Positions 1 through 10,986 of a stretch of DNA of 64,000 nucleotides are shown in pieces. The first letter of the stretch is position 1. Each line of letters starts with the position of its first letter. The DNA lies in contig NIVC01002746.1 of assembly GCA_002269645.1 (NCBI GenBank), forward strand, positions 79,708 through 143,707, written 5' to 3'. Source of the DNA: Macrostomum lignano (lineage: Eukaryota). Made by a program: the position numbers and the translations under genes. A model generated the notes under the pieces. The model was not told where the DNA came from and made no database searches. It saw only the letters and a program-made list of their open reading frames with translations.

Positions 1-3000
1 GCTGATGTGCCAGCGGCTGCCATCGGTCAGAGTGATGGTGTTGCCCTCGCGACTGACGACTGTCTGTGGCTCGGAGACGCCGCTGCTGAGCTTTCCGCGC
101 CTCGGCCGGCGGACGCGGACGCGGCTCCCGACAGTCAACGCTGCGTCCTTCAGCGGCTGGTTCCGCTTGCGCATCCGGCGGCGGCTCTTGGCCCGCTGCT
201 GTCGCTCCGTGACGCTGCGCCGCAGCTCCTGGTCCGTCGTTGACTCGGTGCTTGCTGGTTGAAGACGATCGAGAGGCAGGCGGAGCTTCCGTCCCAGCAT
301 CAGTTCAGCCGGCGACTTCTTGGTCAGCGCGTGCTCAGATGATCGATACGCGAGCAGCAGCTCCTGAACCGCCTGCTTCACTGGCACACTGTCGGCGAGT
401 AGTGCGCGCAGTGACGTCTTGATGAAGCCGTTGAATCTCTCGACTCCGCCATTCTGCTGTGGACAGTAGAACGGAGTGCGACGGTGCTTGATGCCGAGCG
501 AGCTGAGGAAGTCCGTAAACTCGGTTGACACAAACTGAGGTCCGTTGTCCGTGGTAATTTCGTCTGGAAGCCCCCAGCGGACGAACAGGCTGCGAAGGGC
601 TTCGATACACGCAGCGGAAGTCACGGATGAAGATGCGATGATCTCAGGCCACTTGGAGTAGAGATCGTGGACGACAATGAAAAATCGATGGGACTGAGGC
701 ACATTGGCTTCCGGCAGCTCTCCAACTATATCGACTTGCAGCTGTCGCCATGGACCCGCTGGTAGCTCCGTCGTTGACCATGGGACCTTGATCGGCTTGA
801 ACGCTTTCTCGGACAGGACGCAGGCGCTGCAGTTCCGCACGAAGGCTTCCACGTCGCTGTCGATGCGCGGCCACCAGACCGTATCGCGGCACCGCGCCTT
901 GACCTTGGCGACGCCGAGATGTCCTTGATGCGCCTCTGCCAGCACAAGGTCGCGGAGGTCAGTCGGGATGACGGCTCGGCTGCCTCTCGCCAGGCAGCAA
1001 CCATCGTTCCACAGGTAGAGCTCGTGTTGCACCTGGTGGAAGCCCTTCAGGTCGGCTGGAACCTCGACTGGCCATCCGTTGATGAGGAACCCGATGACTC
1101 GCTGCAGTTGGTTGTCGCTCTTGGTTGCGTCGGCCAGTTGAGTGACTGAGATCGGCTCGGCGCTTCTGGCCAGCACCAGGTTGATGTCGGACTCGCTCTG
1201 GTGCTGCTCATTGGACTCGTTGGCTGCGCTCTTGCCGTCGTAGCCGTAGCGAGACAGAAAGTCGGGCTGGACGTTGAGCTTGCCGGGGACGTACTCGATG
1301 TCGAAGTCGTAGACGAAGAGTCGCTCGCACCAGCGCTGAAGTCGAAGAGGTCGTTGGCCGACTCCTCGAGGTGACAGCAGGGTCGTCAGCGCTTGATGGT
1401 CGGTGAGAAGCTTGAACTTGCGACCGTACAGCAGCAGGTGCCAATGCTCGCAGCTCCAGAAAGAGGCCAAGGCCTCTTTCTCTGACGCAGAGTAGCGGCG
1501 CTCGGTGTCGGATAGGGCTCGCGAAGCAAAGGCGACTGGCCGCAGCTGTCCGTGCTCGTCGACTTGGCTCAGGGTCGCGCCCAGGGAGACGTCGCTGCTG
1601 TCGCAGGAGACGACGGTTTCGTGATCTTGGTCGAAGAACTTCAGGCACGGTGCTGATGAGATGAGCCGCTTCACCTCGCTGAAGGCCGCCTCGCATTTCG
1701 CGTCCCAGTTCCATGGCGCGTCCTTGCGCAGGAGCGCTGTCAGCGGCTCGGCGACGTGAGACAGGTTCTTGATGTAGAACTGGAAGAACTTTGCAAAGCC
1801 GAGGAATGAAGCCAACTCTGCCGTATTTGTGGGTGCCTTGAGTTCCGATACGGACTCGGTGTGCGACTGGAGAGGTTGAATTCCCGCTGCGCTGACGCGG
1901 TGTCCGACGAACTCGATCTCCGACGCCTTGAAGATGCACTTCTTGAGGTTGACGGTTACTCGATGCTGCAGCAACTTGTCCAGTACCTGAAGTACGCGAA
2001 TTTCGTGCTCGGCTTCCGTAGCGGCGTGAACGGCGATGTCGTCTTGATAGTGAACGACGCCTCTGATGCCTTGGAGGATCTTGCCGACGACCTTCTGGAA
2101 AGCCGCCGGAGCCGAGCTGATGCCGAACGGCATCCATCTGAATCGGTAGAGGCCGGATTCGGTGTGGAAGCAGGTCAGATTCTTGGCGTCATCATGCAGA
2201 GGCAGCTGTAGATACGACTGGTTGAGGTCGATCCTTGAGAAAAACTTCGAATTGGTGAATTCGGTCACCAGGTCGGCGAAGGTAGGCAGTGACATCGAGT
2301 CCGGGATGATCGCCTTGTTGACGCTTCGCAGATCAACGCAGAGGCGCAGCTTCCCATCGGCCTTGCGGGCACAGGTGACGTTGGACTGCCAGTCAGGGAT
2401 GTCGCCGTCGACTCGCTCGATGATGCCTTCTTCCTCCCAGCGTTGAATCTCGCTGTCGCACTCCTGGCGCAGCGCTAGAGGCAGTCGGCGCAGACGCTGA
2501 GCTACGGGAGGCACAGTTGGGTCAACTCTGGGACGGTGGCAGAACCCTTTGATCTCACCGAGTCCGGTGCCCAAGGCGTGGTACTTAGCTGGAATCCATT
2601 CGGGCATCGACGTGGTCGGAGGCTCCTCGGACTCGACCGCAGCAATCTGATGTCCGGAAGGCCCGAGAACTCTGCAGTTCAGCTTGTCCATCAGGTCGAT
2701 TCCCATCAGGTCATCGCCGTCCATGACGACGGTGAAGGTGAACGACGGGAGCTGGACGCAGTCGAACTCGACCGTGGCGTCGACCTCGCCGGCGACGCTG
2801 ATGCTGGAGCCGTTGTACGACACGAGATGTCTCTCCGACGGTCGCAGGGGGACCTTGGGTCCGAAAATCTTCCTGCAGGTCTGCATGTTGATGATGGAGA
2901 CCTTGGCAGCTGTGTCCACCAACAGCGGAGTGCTGAACCCGTTGATCCTGACGCTGGCTCTCTTGTACTCGCCCTTCTTGTCCGTGCTGACGGCGAAGAT

Positions 3001-3850
3001 GCTTTGCTGAGCGGAGCTGTCGAAGTCGACACATTGAACCTTCTTCTGAGCCGAGTGCGGTGCCGTGGTGCTGCTCTTGCACACGCTGGCGAAGTGGTTA
3101 AGCTTCCCGCACTTCTTACACGCTTTGCCACGGGCAGCGCAGCGCGGGTCGCTGCCTGTGCGGTGGCCCGGCTTACCGCAGTGCGAGCAGCAGGACTCTT
3201 GCGGTGGTCGCGCTGCCTGGCCTCTGGTGCCAGTCGGAGCTCTCTTGGCGTTGATCTTCCTGATGCCGTCGTCAGCTGCATTCTTGCCGGTCAAGGACTT
3301 CTCACTCTGGATAGCTTTTTCCACCTGGGCGGCAATCTGGATTGCTCCGTCCAGGGTGAGCTCTTGCTCTAGCAGGAGGCGTTCGCGCACCTTCGCTGAT
3401 GAAGTGCCGAAGATCAGCTGGTCCAGGATGAGGTCGTCGTGAAGGCTCTGGAACTCACAGTCTCTGGCGGCATGACGCAAGTTTGCCACGAATGCGTGCA
3501 CGCCTTCGCCGCTCCGCTGGACGCACTTCCGGAAGTCATGGCGCTTGGCATACACGCTGACGGTGGCTGAAAGTGCTCCTTAAGCAGTTTGCATGCCGCT
3601 TTGAGTGTCGCTGGAGCTTCAGCTGGAGACTTGATAAGAGTCCGGTAGACTCGCACTCCTTCCCGCCCGAGGCAGTGCATGAGCAGTGCGATCTTCCTGG
3701 CTTCTTGCAAGCCGTCGACTCCTGACGCTAGCAGGTAGGTGTCGAACTCAGCGGCTCAAGTTTCCATGAAACCACAGGTGTTCCTGGGTTGTCGAGAAAT
3801 GGAGGCGGTTCTCTCAGGTTTAGTCGTAGCGCTGGCGCTGTGGCGTTCAT
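1..3850 (-). CDS. Gag-Pol polyprotein; one frame open from ~3570 to the window edge, two 1-nt deletions in gag (~3765, ~3570)
   Basis: Two CCHC knuckles (CSHCGKPGH, CKKCGKLNHFASVC), protease LVDTAAKVS (~2916), RT YQDD (2049-2038), RNase H CDSS...DHQAL, integrase HHCC and D(666)-D-E (TDNGPQF, GGVERFN). Checked motif codons all start at positions divisible by 3, so they share one frame. Confidence 0.92.
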
Positions 3851-3960
3851 TTCTAACTTCACTGAGTTGAGTTTGCAGAATTGCAAGGCGATAGCGAGAG
3901 TTTGACTTGTGTGCCTTGGCTGCCGTGAGTTGAGTTTTGCGCGGGGTAGTTTTTCGCTAA

Positions 3961-3979
3961 GTCCCTGCTTGCGATGCCA
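3961..3979 (-). promoter_or_regulatory. Primer-binding site
   Basis: TGGCATCGCAAGCAGGGAC 1 nt after the LTR end; TGG start is complementary to tRNA CCA. Confidence 0.7.
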
Positions 3980-3980
3980 G

Positions 3981-4122
3981 TGTTGTGGCCGCTGGCCAAG
4001 TGAATGAAATCAATTCACGTAAGGCGAAGGAGAGGAGAGGTGGCTCTCAGCTACAGTGAGCTGGCCAATATATATTATCTGACTGATATGAGCTAGATGT
4101 ACATCGATGCGCGTACGTTACA
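3981..4122 (-). repeat. Putative short 5' LTR (~142 bp)
   Basis: Minus strand begins TGTAACG and ends CAACA, contains an AATATATATT box, directly followed by a PBS. Second LTR is outside the window, so the outer boundary is unconfirmed. Confidence 0.6.
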
Positions 4123-4152
4123 TAATAGCATTGGGCATGCACATTCAAAACA

Positions 4153-4396
4153 CCTGCGGCGCCAAAATGTGCCTGCGGCGCCAAATTGAGTGCCTGCGGC
4201 GCCAAAATGAGTGCCTGTGGCGCTAAAATGCGTGCCTGCAGCGCTAAAATGAGTGCCTGCGGCGCCAGAATGAGTGCCTGCGGCGCCAAATTGAGTGCCT
4301 GCGGCGCTAAAATGAGTGCCTGCGGCGCTAAAATGAGTGCCTGCGGCGCTAAAATGAGTGCCTGCGGCGCTAAAATGAGTGCCTGAGGCGCTAAAA
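4153..4396. repeat. 21-bp minisatellite (GCCTGCGGCGCTAAAATGAGT), ~11 copies
   Basis: Direct reading. Confidence 0.95.
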
Positions 4397-4549
4397 GTGG
4401 CAATGACATAAGGCATGGCCAGCCAGGCCAATCCGCCCCCCCCACCTAATTGAAATTCCTGGCATTTTGACTTAATACTTGACAGTTATAGTTACTTCTG
4501 CCGTTTACCCAAAGTTGCGTTAATTTTGCTTTAGGGTTTTTTACATGTA

Positions 4550-4622
4550 AGTCGCATTTTTGTTAAAACTAAGTCGCATTTTTGTTAAAACTAAGTCGCA
4601 TTTTTGTTAAAACTAAGTCGCA
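4550..4622. repeat. 22-bp tandem repeat (AAGTCGCATTTTTGTTAAAACT), ~3 copies
   Basis: Direct reading. Confidence 0.9.
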
Positions 4623-4791
4623 CGGCCGACCGAATTTTGGAGGTTGCGCATGTATGGACAAGAGTGAGACAAGAGTGATATTGTATGCTTGATAATACAA
4701 TATCAAGCATCCCGACTGCAGAAGAATACACCATTATTTATTATGCTCTCAATAAATCGTTTTTTCAACCTATGGTTGAAATATAGGTTTC

Positions 4792-5026
4792 TTAGAAATG
4801 AACTGAAGACCGGTATGAACGAATGCGTAAATCACGAGGGCTGAAGGCCCGACGGATTTATAAAATAGCTGCCGAAAAAGGCATGCCTTATATAGTCAAA
4901 AAGATTTTACGGGACATTATTGAATATTGGCAAATAAAATCCCGGAGAACACAAATAATGCCCGGAAAATGTTTTTATCTATGTTTTATGCAAATTCGTT
5001 GATACCGGTCTTCAGTTCATTTCTAA
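4792..5026. mobile_element. MITE with ~33-bp terminal inverted repeats
   Basis: TTAGAAATGAACTGAAGACCGGTATGAACGAAT versus reverse complement at 4994-5026 (1 mismatch); TA at both ends fits a Tc1/mariner-type target. Confidence 0.75.
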
Positions 5027-5073
5027 CAAATCGAGCGTAGCGTTCTACTGCAGTTGTAAATGGCTGTTGAAAG

Positions 5074-5829
5074 CTAGGACGGCAAACTCCGGTCCGTGGA
5101 AGCCTCTCTATCCGGCCCTCGGCTTTTTTGAAACTTCACACTATATAGCAATCTGGCCCGCTCATTAGGTTGTGCCTCTTCTCAGCTGTCTTTCTCTTCT
5201 CTACTCTCCTCTATTCCTGGCTCTCTTCTTCTCTCCCTTTCTCTCCCCCTCTTCTCTGCCCTTTTCTCTCCTCATATCTCTTCTCTCATCCAATCTCTCG
5301 CTTCTCCTCTTTTCTCTCCTTTCCTCTCTCTCGATTCTTTATCTGGCCTGCACCTTAAGGTAGAAAAGTTTCAGACTGCTGGTTTACACTCTCACCAATT
5401 ATCAAACTTAGCGATGGCGCCTCTAGGATGGTGATAGATAGCGATAGCGGCCCTATTCCATCACTTTATTTATCGACTCTAATGACAGTTGCTACTATCA
5501 ATTTTTATTTTGTTTTGTTGTTCCTTTTTGTGGGAAACGTTAACAATTGGGTTATTTATGAAAAATTCAAGGCAATATTAATTTCAAACACGTATTAATA
5601 AATTATTAATCTGAATAACGCATATTAAAAGAACTTTTTCAAACATTGTGATCTTAAGGAATATAGATAAAGAATCCAGCTCATGGCTGCGGGCCAGATG
5701 AGAGAGAGAGGGGGGGGGGAAAGGAGAGGCGAGAGATGGGATGAGAGAAGAGATTTAAGAGAAAAGATGAGAGAAAAGGGGAGAAGAGAGAGGGGAGAGG
5801 ATCTGAGGGCCGCAGTTCGCCAACACCTG
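5074..5829. mobile_element. Degenerate hAT(Charlie)-like non-autonomous element
   Basis: Ends CTAGGACGGCAAACTCCGGTCC and GGGCCGCAGTTCGCCAACACCTG; ATCTGGCCYGC subterminal motifs in both orientations; inverted CT-rich and AG-rich arms. No clean TSD. Confidence 0.45.
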
Positions 5830-6092
5830 TAGAGGAAACAGTCTACTAAATATGTAGTCCCATGCACCAGTGTTTACTAAATGCTCAAATTTTATATTGG
5901 CGCAGAAATGAAGTCGCACTTGTGTAAAAAGAATCTAGCAGAGCACACAATTGAGGAACAAATATACTCAATGTTTTATTTGTTAAAATCCTTCAATGCC
6001 TGTTGCCTAACTAATTTGAAGTACTATAAGTGTCGAATTTCATTTCAGTTTCAATTGTTTTTCGAAACCTCTGTTTGCTATCATTGTCACAA

Positions 6093-7277
6093 TCAGTAGC
6101 AGAGCTGCTGGAGCAGCCGAAACTCAGACTCGTTGAGCATCTCACTGCTCAGGGCAAAGCAACTCATTGTGCCGCTCAGACATCTGTCACTTGTGGGCCC
6201 GAATCCGAGTCGCAGGCAGTGAAAGGACGCCGCTGAAGAGTTCCAAGAACTTCTACTAAACGAAGACGTCGCAACCAGCGTGCCGTTCTGATACATGCGC
6301 TTCTGCTCCAGCCCGTTGAAGGTGACTCCAGCCGACAGGAGACGCACCGAGCCGTCAGTCGGTAGAAAAAAAGACGAAAATCCGAAAATTCTCTCACCGA
6401 CACTCCCGCCGCCGCTGGACAGCCAGGCGAAACCGTAGAAATAATCTGCTTTCTTGATCAGAGAGCTGCCGATGTTGGTTCCTGAGCACTCTTGGAATCG
6501 GCTGTAGTACTGATACCTGCTTGTGCAGCGGTAGAGGCGCGGCTAGAAGGTGAGCAGCGGTTTCAAAGCATCACAGACAGTTTCAACTCACTCGTCTTTA
6601 GTCATGGCGTGCCGAACCTGCGCAAAAGTCGAGTAGGTGGAACCGACTCCCAGAAGCTTCTCAAAACCGGGAGTCTCAGTGCTCAAGTAGGAGCTCGTGT
6701 TGCCCTTGAAGTGAGCACCAACTGCATCAATTGTCACATCGTGAGCCCTGAGACAGGACAGTCTCGTGTTGACCTCATTCTTCAGACCGCTCCGAGAGAA
6801 CTTGTAGAACAGCTTCAGCTTGAGCGGTTTGACCAGGGGCTCAGAAGACTCTGCAGTGGAACAGATCAATTTAAATCAATTTAAACAAAGCAAATGACTT
6901 CATTGGAGCGATACAGAATTGTCAAGACAGCTGCAGCCACTGAGCCGCTCACCGCAGTCTCCGCACAGCACATCGGTGTACTTGTAAGAGTCGCAGTCGC
7001 CGTCAGTCCATTGCTCGAGTTGAGAACACGCGTCTCCATGGTAACACAGGCGGGTGGTAATGTCGAAGTGGAATGCGTTGCAGGTGGGCAGTCGGGAGCA
7101 GGCGGCGGCGCACTGCAGCTTGCTGGCCAGGCGGTGCGGCAGCGGAGAGGCGGCCGCGGTGGGGCAGCGTCGGGTCTTTGTTGCTGCGAAGTTTGGCAGC
7201 ACCTTGGCGCTTGAAGTCGCCGCCAGGCAGCTGAGCAGCAGGAGGCAGGGCAGAGTCGACAGTCGAATCTTTTTCAT
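6093..7277 (-). CDS. Secreted PAN/Apple-domain + LamG/ConA-like protein, copy A; join(7277..6953,6850..6592,6516..6093), ~335 aa
   Basis: Signal peptide, PAN motif CAAAC..CNAFHFD...C, GT-AG introns close the frame (1008 nt), C-terminal GVTFNG...MYQNG...LRLG...FAL pattern. Confidence 0.75.
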
Positions 7278-8178
7278 TTCCTGTATTAGCAGACACTTTT
7301 CAAATCAAATTAACTGCTCAAAAATTAAGAACGGTTCAGAAGACATCCCATTCTACATTTATAAATGTAGGATTTGTTAGCTGTGTTAAATTTTCCTTGC
7401 TGAGTGCCTTTCAAGCACCTACATATATTTGTCCAGTGTTTAAAACACGCACAGTTCTCACGCCTCACACAATGGCCACAATTCCCGGATGGAATGTTTA
7501 CAGAATCCCTTTGAATAGGTACGCGCAAACTCAGTATCCAGAGTTCTAATTGTGAAATCGAAATTTCAAATACTGGAGCAGTGACCATGGTGCATATTCG
7601 AATAAATGTCACATTTTTTGCATAACAAAATTAAACTCGGGTTTACTACCGACTTCGAACTTTTCTGAATGTATTGGAACATCCTAAAACCTATTGGGAA
7701 CTTGATAAAAATTGACTGACGGTGCCGAATCGGAGACAGGCGTGGGCTGTTTTACCCAATATCATGCATCCCGACTGCAGAGGAATGTACAACTCTTACT
7801 TGTTCCGATTTCCACCTTGCCTGATGCAAGCAAAACTGCGCGTCCCGCCTTCAGAATTGTCGGATTTGCGTTTGATTCGGGTCGCTTCAATTCCAGTTAG
7901 CTTTTTAAAAATACATGCAAGGATACAGTCGCTGTTCAAACAAAAAATGCTTCATATTGTTTGACATTCTGCATGCTGCTGTCAGGCCTGACATCCATGC
8001 TTTTGATAAAAGCATCGATACTTGCTGAGTACAAAACAAAGAGAAACTCAACTTTTCTGAATTTGCAACCAGCTAGAAGGCAGAGGTGATCAAATAAGCC
8101 AGCACGAGTCAGATTTTCCTATAAAGGTAAAATAGAGAGCAACTGAGTGAATCAGCAGGCATCGATCGAAACCAAGCC

Positions 8179-9375
8179 ATGATGAAACGGAGTAAACTCC
8201 AAGCTAGGATGAATTACTTTTTAGCTCTGCTTCTTTCACTGGTCTCTTTCAGACTTGCTGCTGCTGCTGCTGAGCTGTCATTCGAGAAGACCCGACGCTG
8301 CCCCACCGCGGCCGCCTCTCCGCTGCCGCACCGCCTGGCCAGCAAGCTGCAGTGCGCCGCCGCCTGCTCCCGACTGCCCACCTGCAACGCATTCCACTTC
8401 GACATCGCCACCCGCCTGTGTTACCATGGAGACGCGTGTTCCCAACTCGAGCAATGGACTGACGGCGACTGCGCGACTCTTACAAGTACACCGATGTGCT
8501 GTGCGGAGACTGCGGTGAGCGGCTCAGCGGCTGCTGTCTTGACAGCTCTGCGTCTCTCCAATGAAATCATTTACTTTGTTTAAACTGATTATAAATTTAT
8601 CACTGCAGAGTCTTCTGAGCCCTTGGTGAAACAGCTCAAGCTGAAGCTGTTCTACAAGTTCTCTCGGAGCGGTCTGAAGAATGAGGTCAACCCGAGAATG
8701 TCCTGTCTCAAGGCTCACGATGTAACAGTTGATGCAGCTGGTGCTCACTTCAAGGGCAACACGGGCTCCTATCTGAGCACTGAGACTCCCGGTTTTGAGA
8801 AGTTTCTGGGAGTCGGTTCCACCTACTCGACTTTTGCTCAGGTTCGGCACGTTTTTACTAGCGGGTGAGTCGTTTTCGCTAGACTTGAGCAGATAGATTA
8901 GCTCGTACATGCATTTCGTAGTGCTTGACCATGAGAATGCTATCACTGCAGGAGACAGTACTACAGCAGGTTCCAGGCGTGCTCGGGCAGTGGCATTGGT
9001 TGCTCGCTCATCAAGAATGATGATTACTTTTACGGCTATGCCTGGCTGTCCGCTGACGGTACTGTTGGTGAGAAGATATACGGCTATTCGAGCTATTTTC
9101 TGCCGGTTGACGGAGCTGAGCACCTGTTCTCTGCTGGGGTTACCTTCGACCGGAACGGACACCAGCGCGTGTACCAAAACGGATCGCTGGTCGGAGTTTC
9201 ACGAACTTCAAATGCCCCTCTTGATCGATCAAACGTGGTGTTTCAGTGCCTGCGACTCGGCTCGTCATCAAGCGATGCAACCTGTCTAAAAGGTAGCATG
9301 CTGTGCTTTGCGCTGAGCACGAAACTTCTCAATAAAACAGAGTTTCTGCGGCTGCAACAGGTGTGCAACGAGTAG
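8179..9375 (+). pseudogene. PAN/Apple + LamG-like copy B; join(8179..8514,8609..8864,8952..9375) with a 2-nt (CG) insertion near 8472
   Basis: Inverted paralog of copy A with the same intron positions; GACTGCGCGACTC versus GACTGCGACTC shifts the frame (real or assembly error). Confidence 0.7.
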
Positions 9376-9754
9376 TTATTCGGTCAATCAGACCTAAACA
9401 ACATCAACACACGCACTCACAGTGTATAAATTGAATTAAACATTGAAGTCAAAGATTTTAATTGCTTTATCAGTTAATAAAGACAAAAGCTTGCGGACGC
9501 ATATTATTTGATATTTGCCGTAACAAATTATAAATTCACCGTATAGTAATATATAGAACATGTAGAAGCTTATAAATGGATATAAAACCTAGAAATAGTA
9601 CAGACGACAAAAAATACTTGTAAATGCGCGAAAGTGATAAATTCAATAAAATTATGAATTTTAGTGAAGACTTTGTGAAATGCTGTAAAATACAGCTACT
9701 AATAGTAGTTTAAAACCCGATAGGTAAATAAGGAAACAAATGATTAATATGAAG

Positions 9755-10923
9755 TCAGTGGTTGCTACCCACGTGCTCCAGCACACCCTGCCGCACTAGC
9801 AGCTCCGTGTCGCTGTGCAGCAGGTAGTGATGGCTGCCCTTCTTTAAGTTCACCAGACAGCCGTCCTCGGTCTCCAGCTGGCCGTAGTCCTGAAGGCAGC
9901 GCACTTCAACGAATAGACTCTTTGGCGGCTGGCGGTTCACGGTGAGATCGAATCCTGTAGTCTGCGATTAATATCAGGGATAATTTAAGAAATTTATGTA
10001 TACGAAATCTTTGTAAAATCAGCGAGAGATACTGTAAAATTAGCGCAACAGAGGGTGCCAGCACCCAAGGGGCGCCAGCACCCAAGGGGCGCCAGCACCC
10101 AAGGGGCGCCAGCACCCAAGGGGCGCCAGCACCCAAGGGGCGCCAGCACCCAAGTAGTGCCAGCACCCAAGGGGCGCCAGCACCCAAGGGGCGCCAGCAC
10201 CCAAGGGGCGCCAGCACCCAAGGGGCGCCAGCACCCAAGGGGCGCCAGCACCCAAGGGGCGCCAGCACCCAAGGGGCGCCAGCACCCAATGGGCGTCAAC
10301 AGCAAGGGCGCCAGCCTCATAGGGGGCAGTGAACGCCATTAATTTTACCAGTCAATTGAGGACTTGGGACCCCCTTGACCTCCCCACTGGCTACGCCATT
10401 GTGCAGGTTAAGCTGAGTTGGCCGCGGTTAGCACACAGAGCTAAACAAGCTGGATGCCCAATCTGCTGACCCCTGAGCAACCCCTGACAGTCCAACCGTG
10501 CACAACCTGCATGTAGTGGGCCAGCATCCGGTTGTAGCCGGAGAACCAGTTGATCTCCTCGTCGCGCGCATTTAGCTGCACATTGGCTGGCAGGATCGGG
10601 CCAAGCTCCCAGCGCATGCGGCGCAGCTGCACCAGTCTATGGTACAGATAGGCCAGCAGACAGCGCTTGTTCCGCTCCATCACCGCCTGACGCAGCTGGA
10701 TGCTGTTGTGCGACCGGCCGGCCCTCAGCTCCTTCTCCTGCGCGGTCAGGGCGGCGTTGTTCGAATCGGCGAGGGCTTCGCCGATGGCTTCGCGATTCTG
10801 CTGGAACAGGGCGTCGATTTCGGCTAGCAGATGGCGGACTCGGTCCTCTTCGAAGGCCGGGAGGCCGGTGGACAGGCCGCGCTTCAGGTCGGCTATAAGA
10901 CGCGTGCTCTGATTGGACAGCAT
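9755..10923 (-). CDS. GINS1: GINS complex subunit 1 (Psf1); join(10923..10507,9961..9755), 207 aa
   Basis: LPAFEEDRVR, RNKRCLLAYLYHRL..LRRMRWELG, PPKSLFVEVRCLQDYG...LVRQGVLEH match the Psf1 family. Confidence 0.95.
10053..10300. repeat. 17-bp minisatellite (AGGGGCGCCAGCACCCA) in the GINS1 intron
   Basis: Direct reading. Confidence 0.95.
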
Positions 10924-10986
10924 GACTAGTAGTAGCCGGCTGGCAGGAAGGTGGGAAGGCGTAAATTGCTATTGGTTTTAAATATA

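Larger units (their letters stand above)
1..4122 (-). mobile_element. Ty3/Gypsy LTR retrotransposon (Mag-like), 3' part runs off the window start
   Basis: gag-PR-RT-RH-IN domain order on the minus strand, plus 5' LTR and PBS. Confidence 0.95.

Noticed and set aside
5-3442. Plus-strand and off-frame ORFs over the retrotransposon
   Set aside because: Shadow ORFs of GC-rich gag-pol; the real frame is missing from the track because it runs off the window edge
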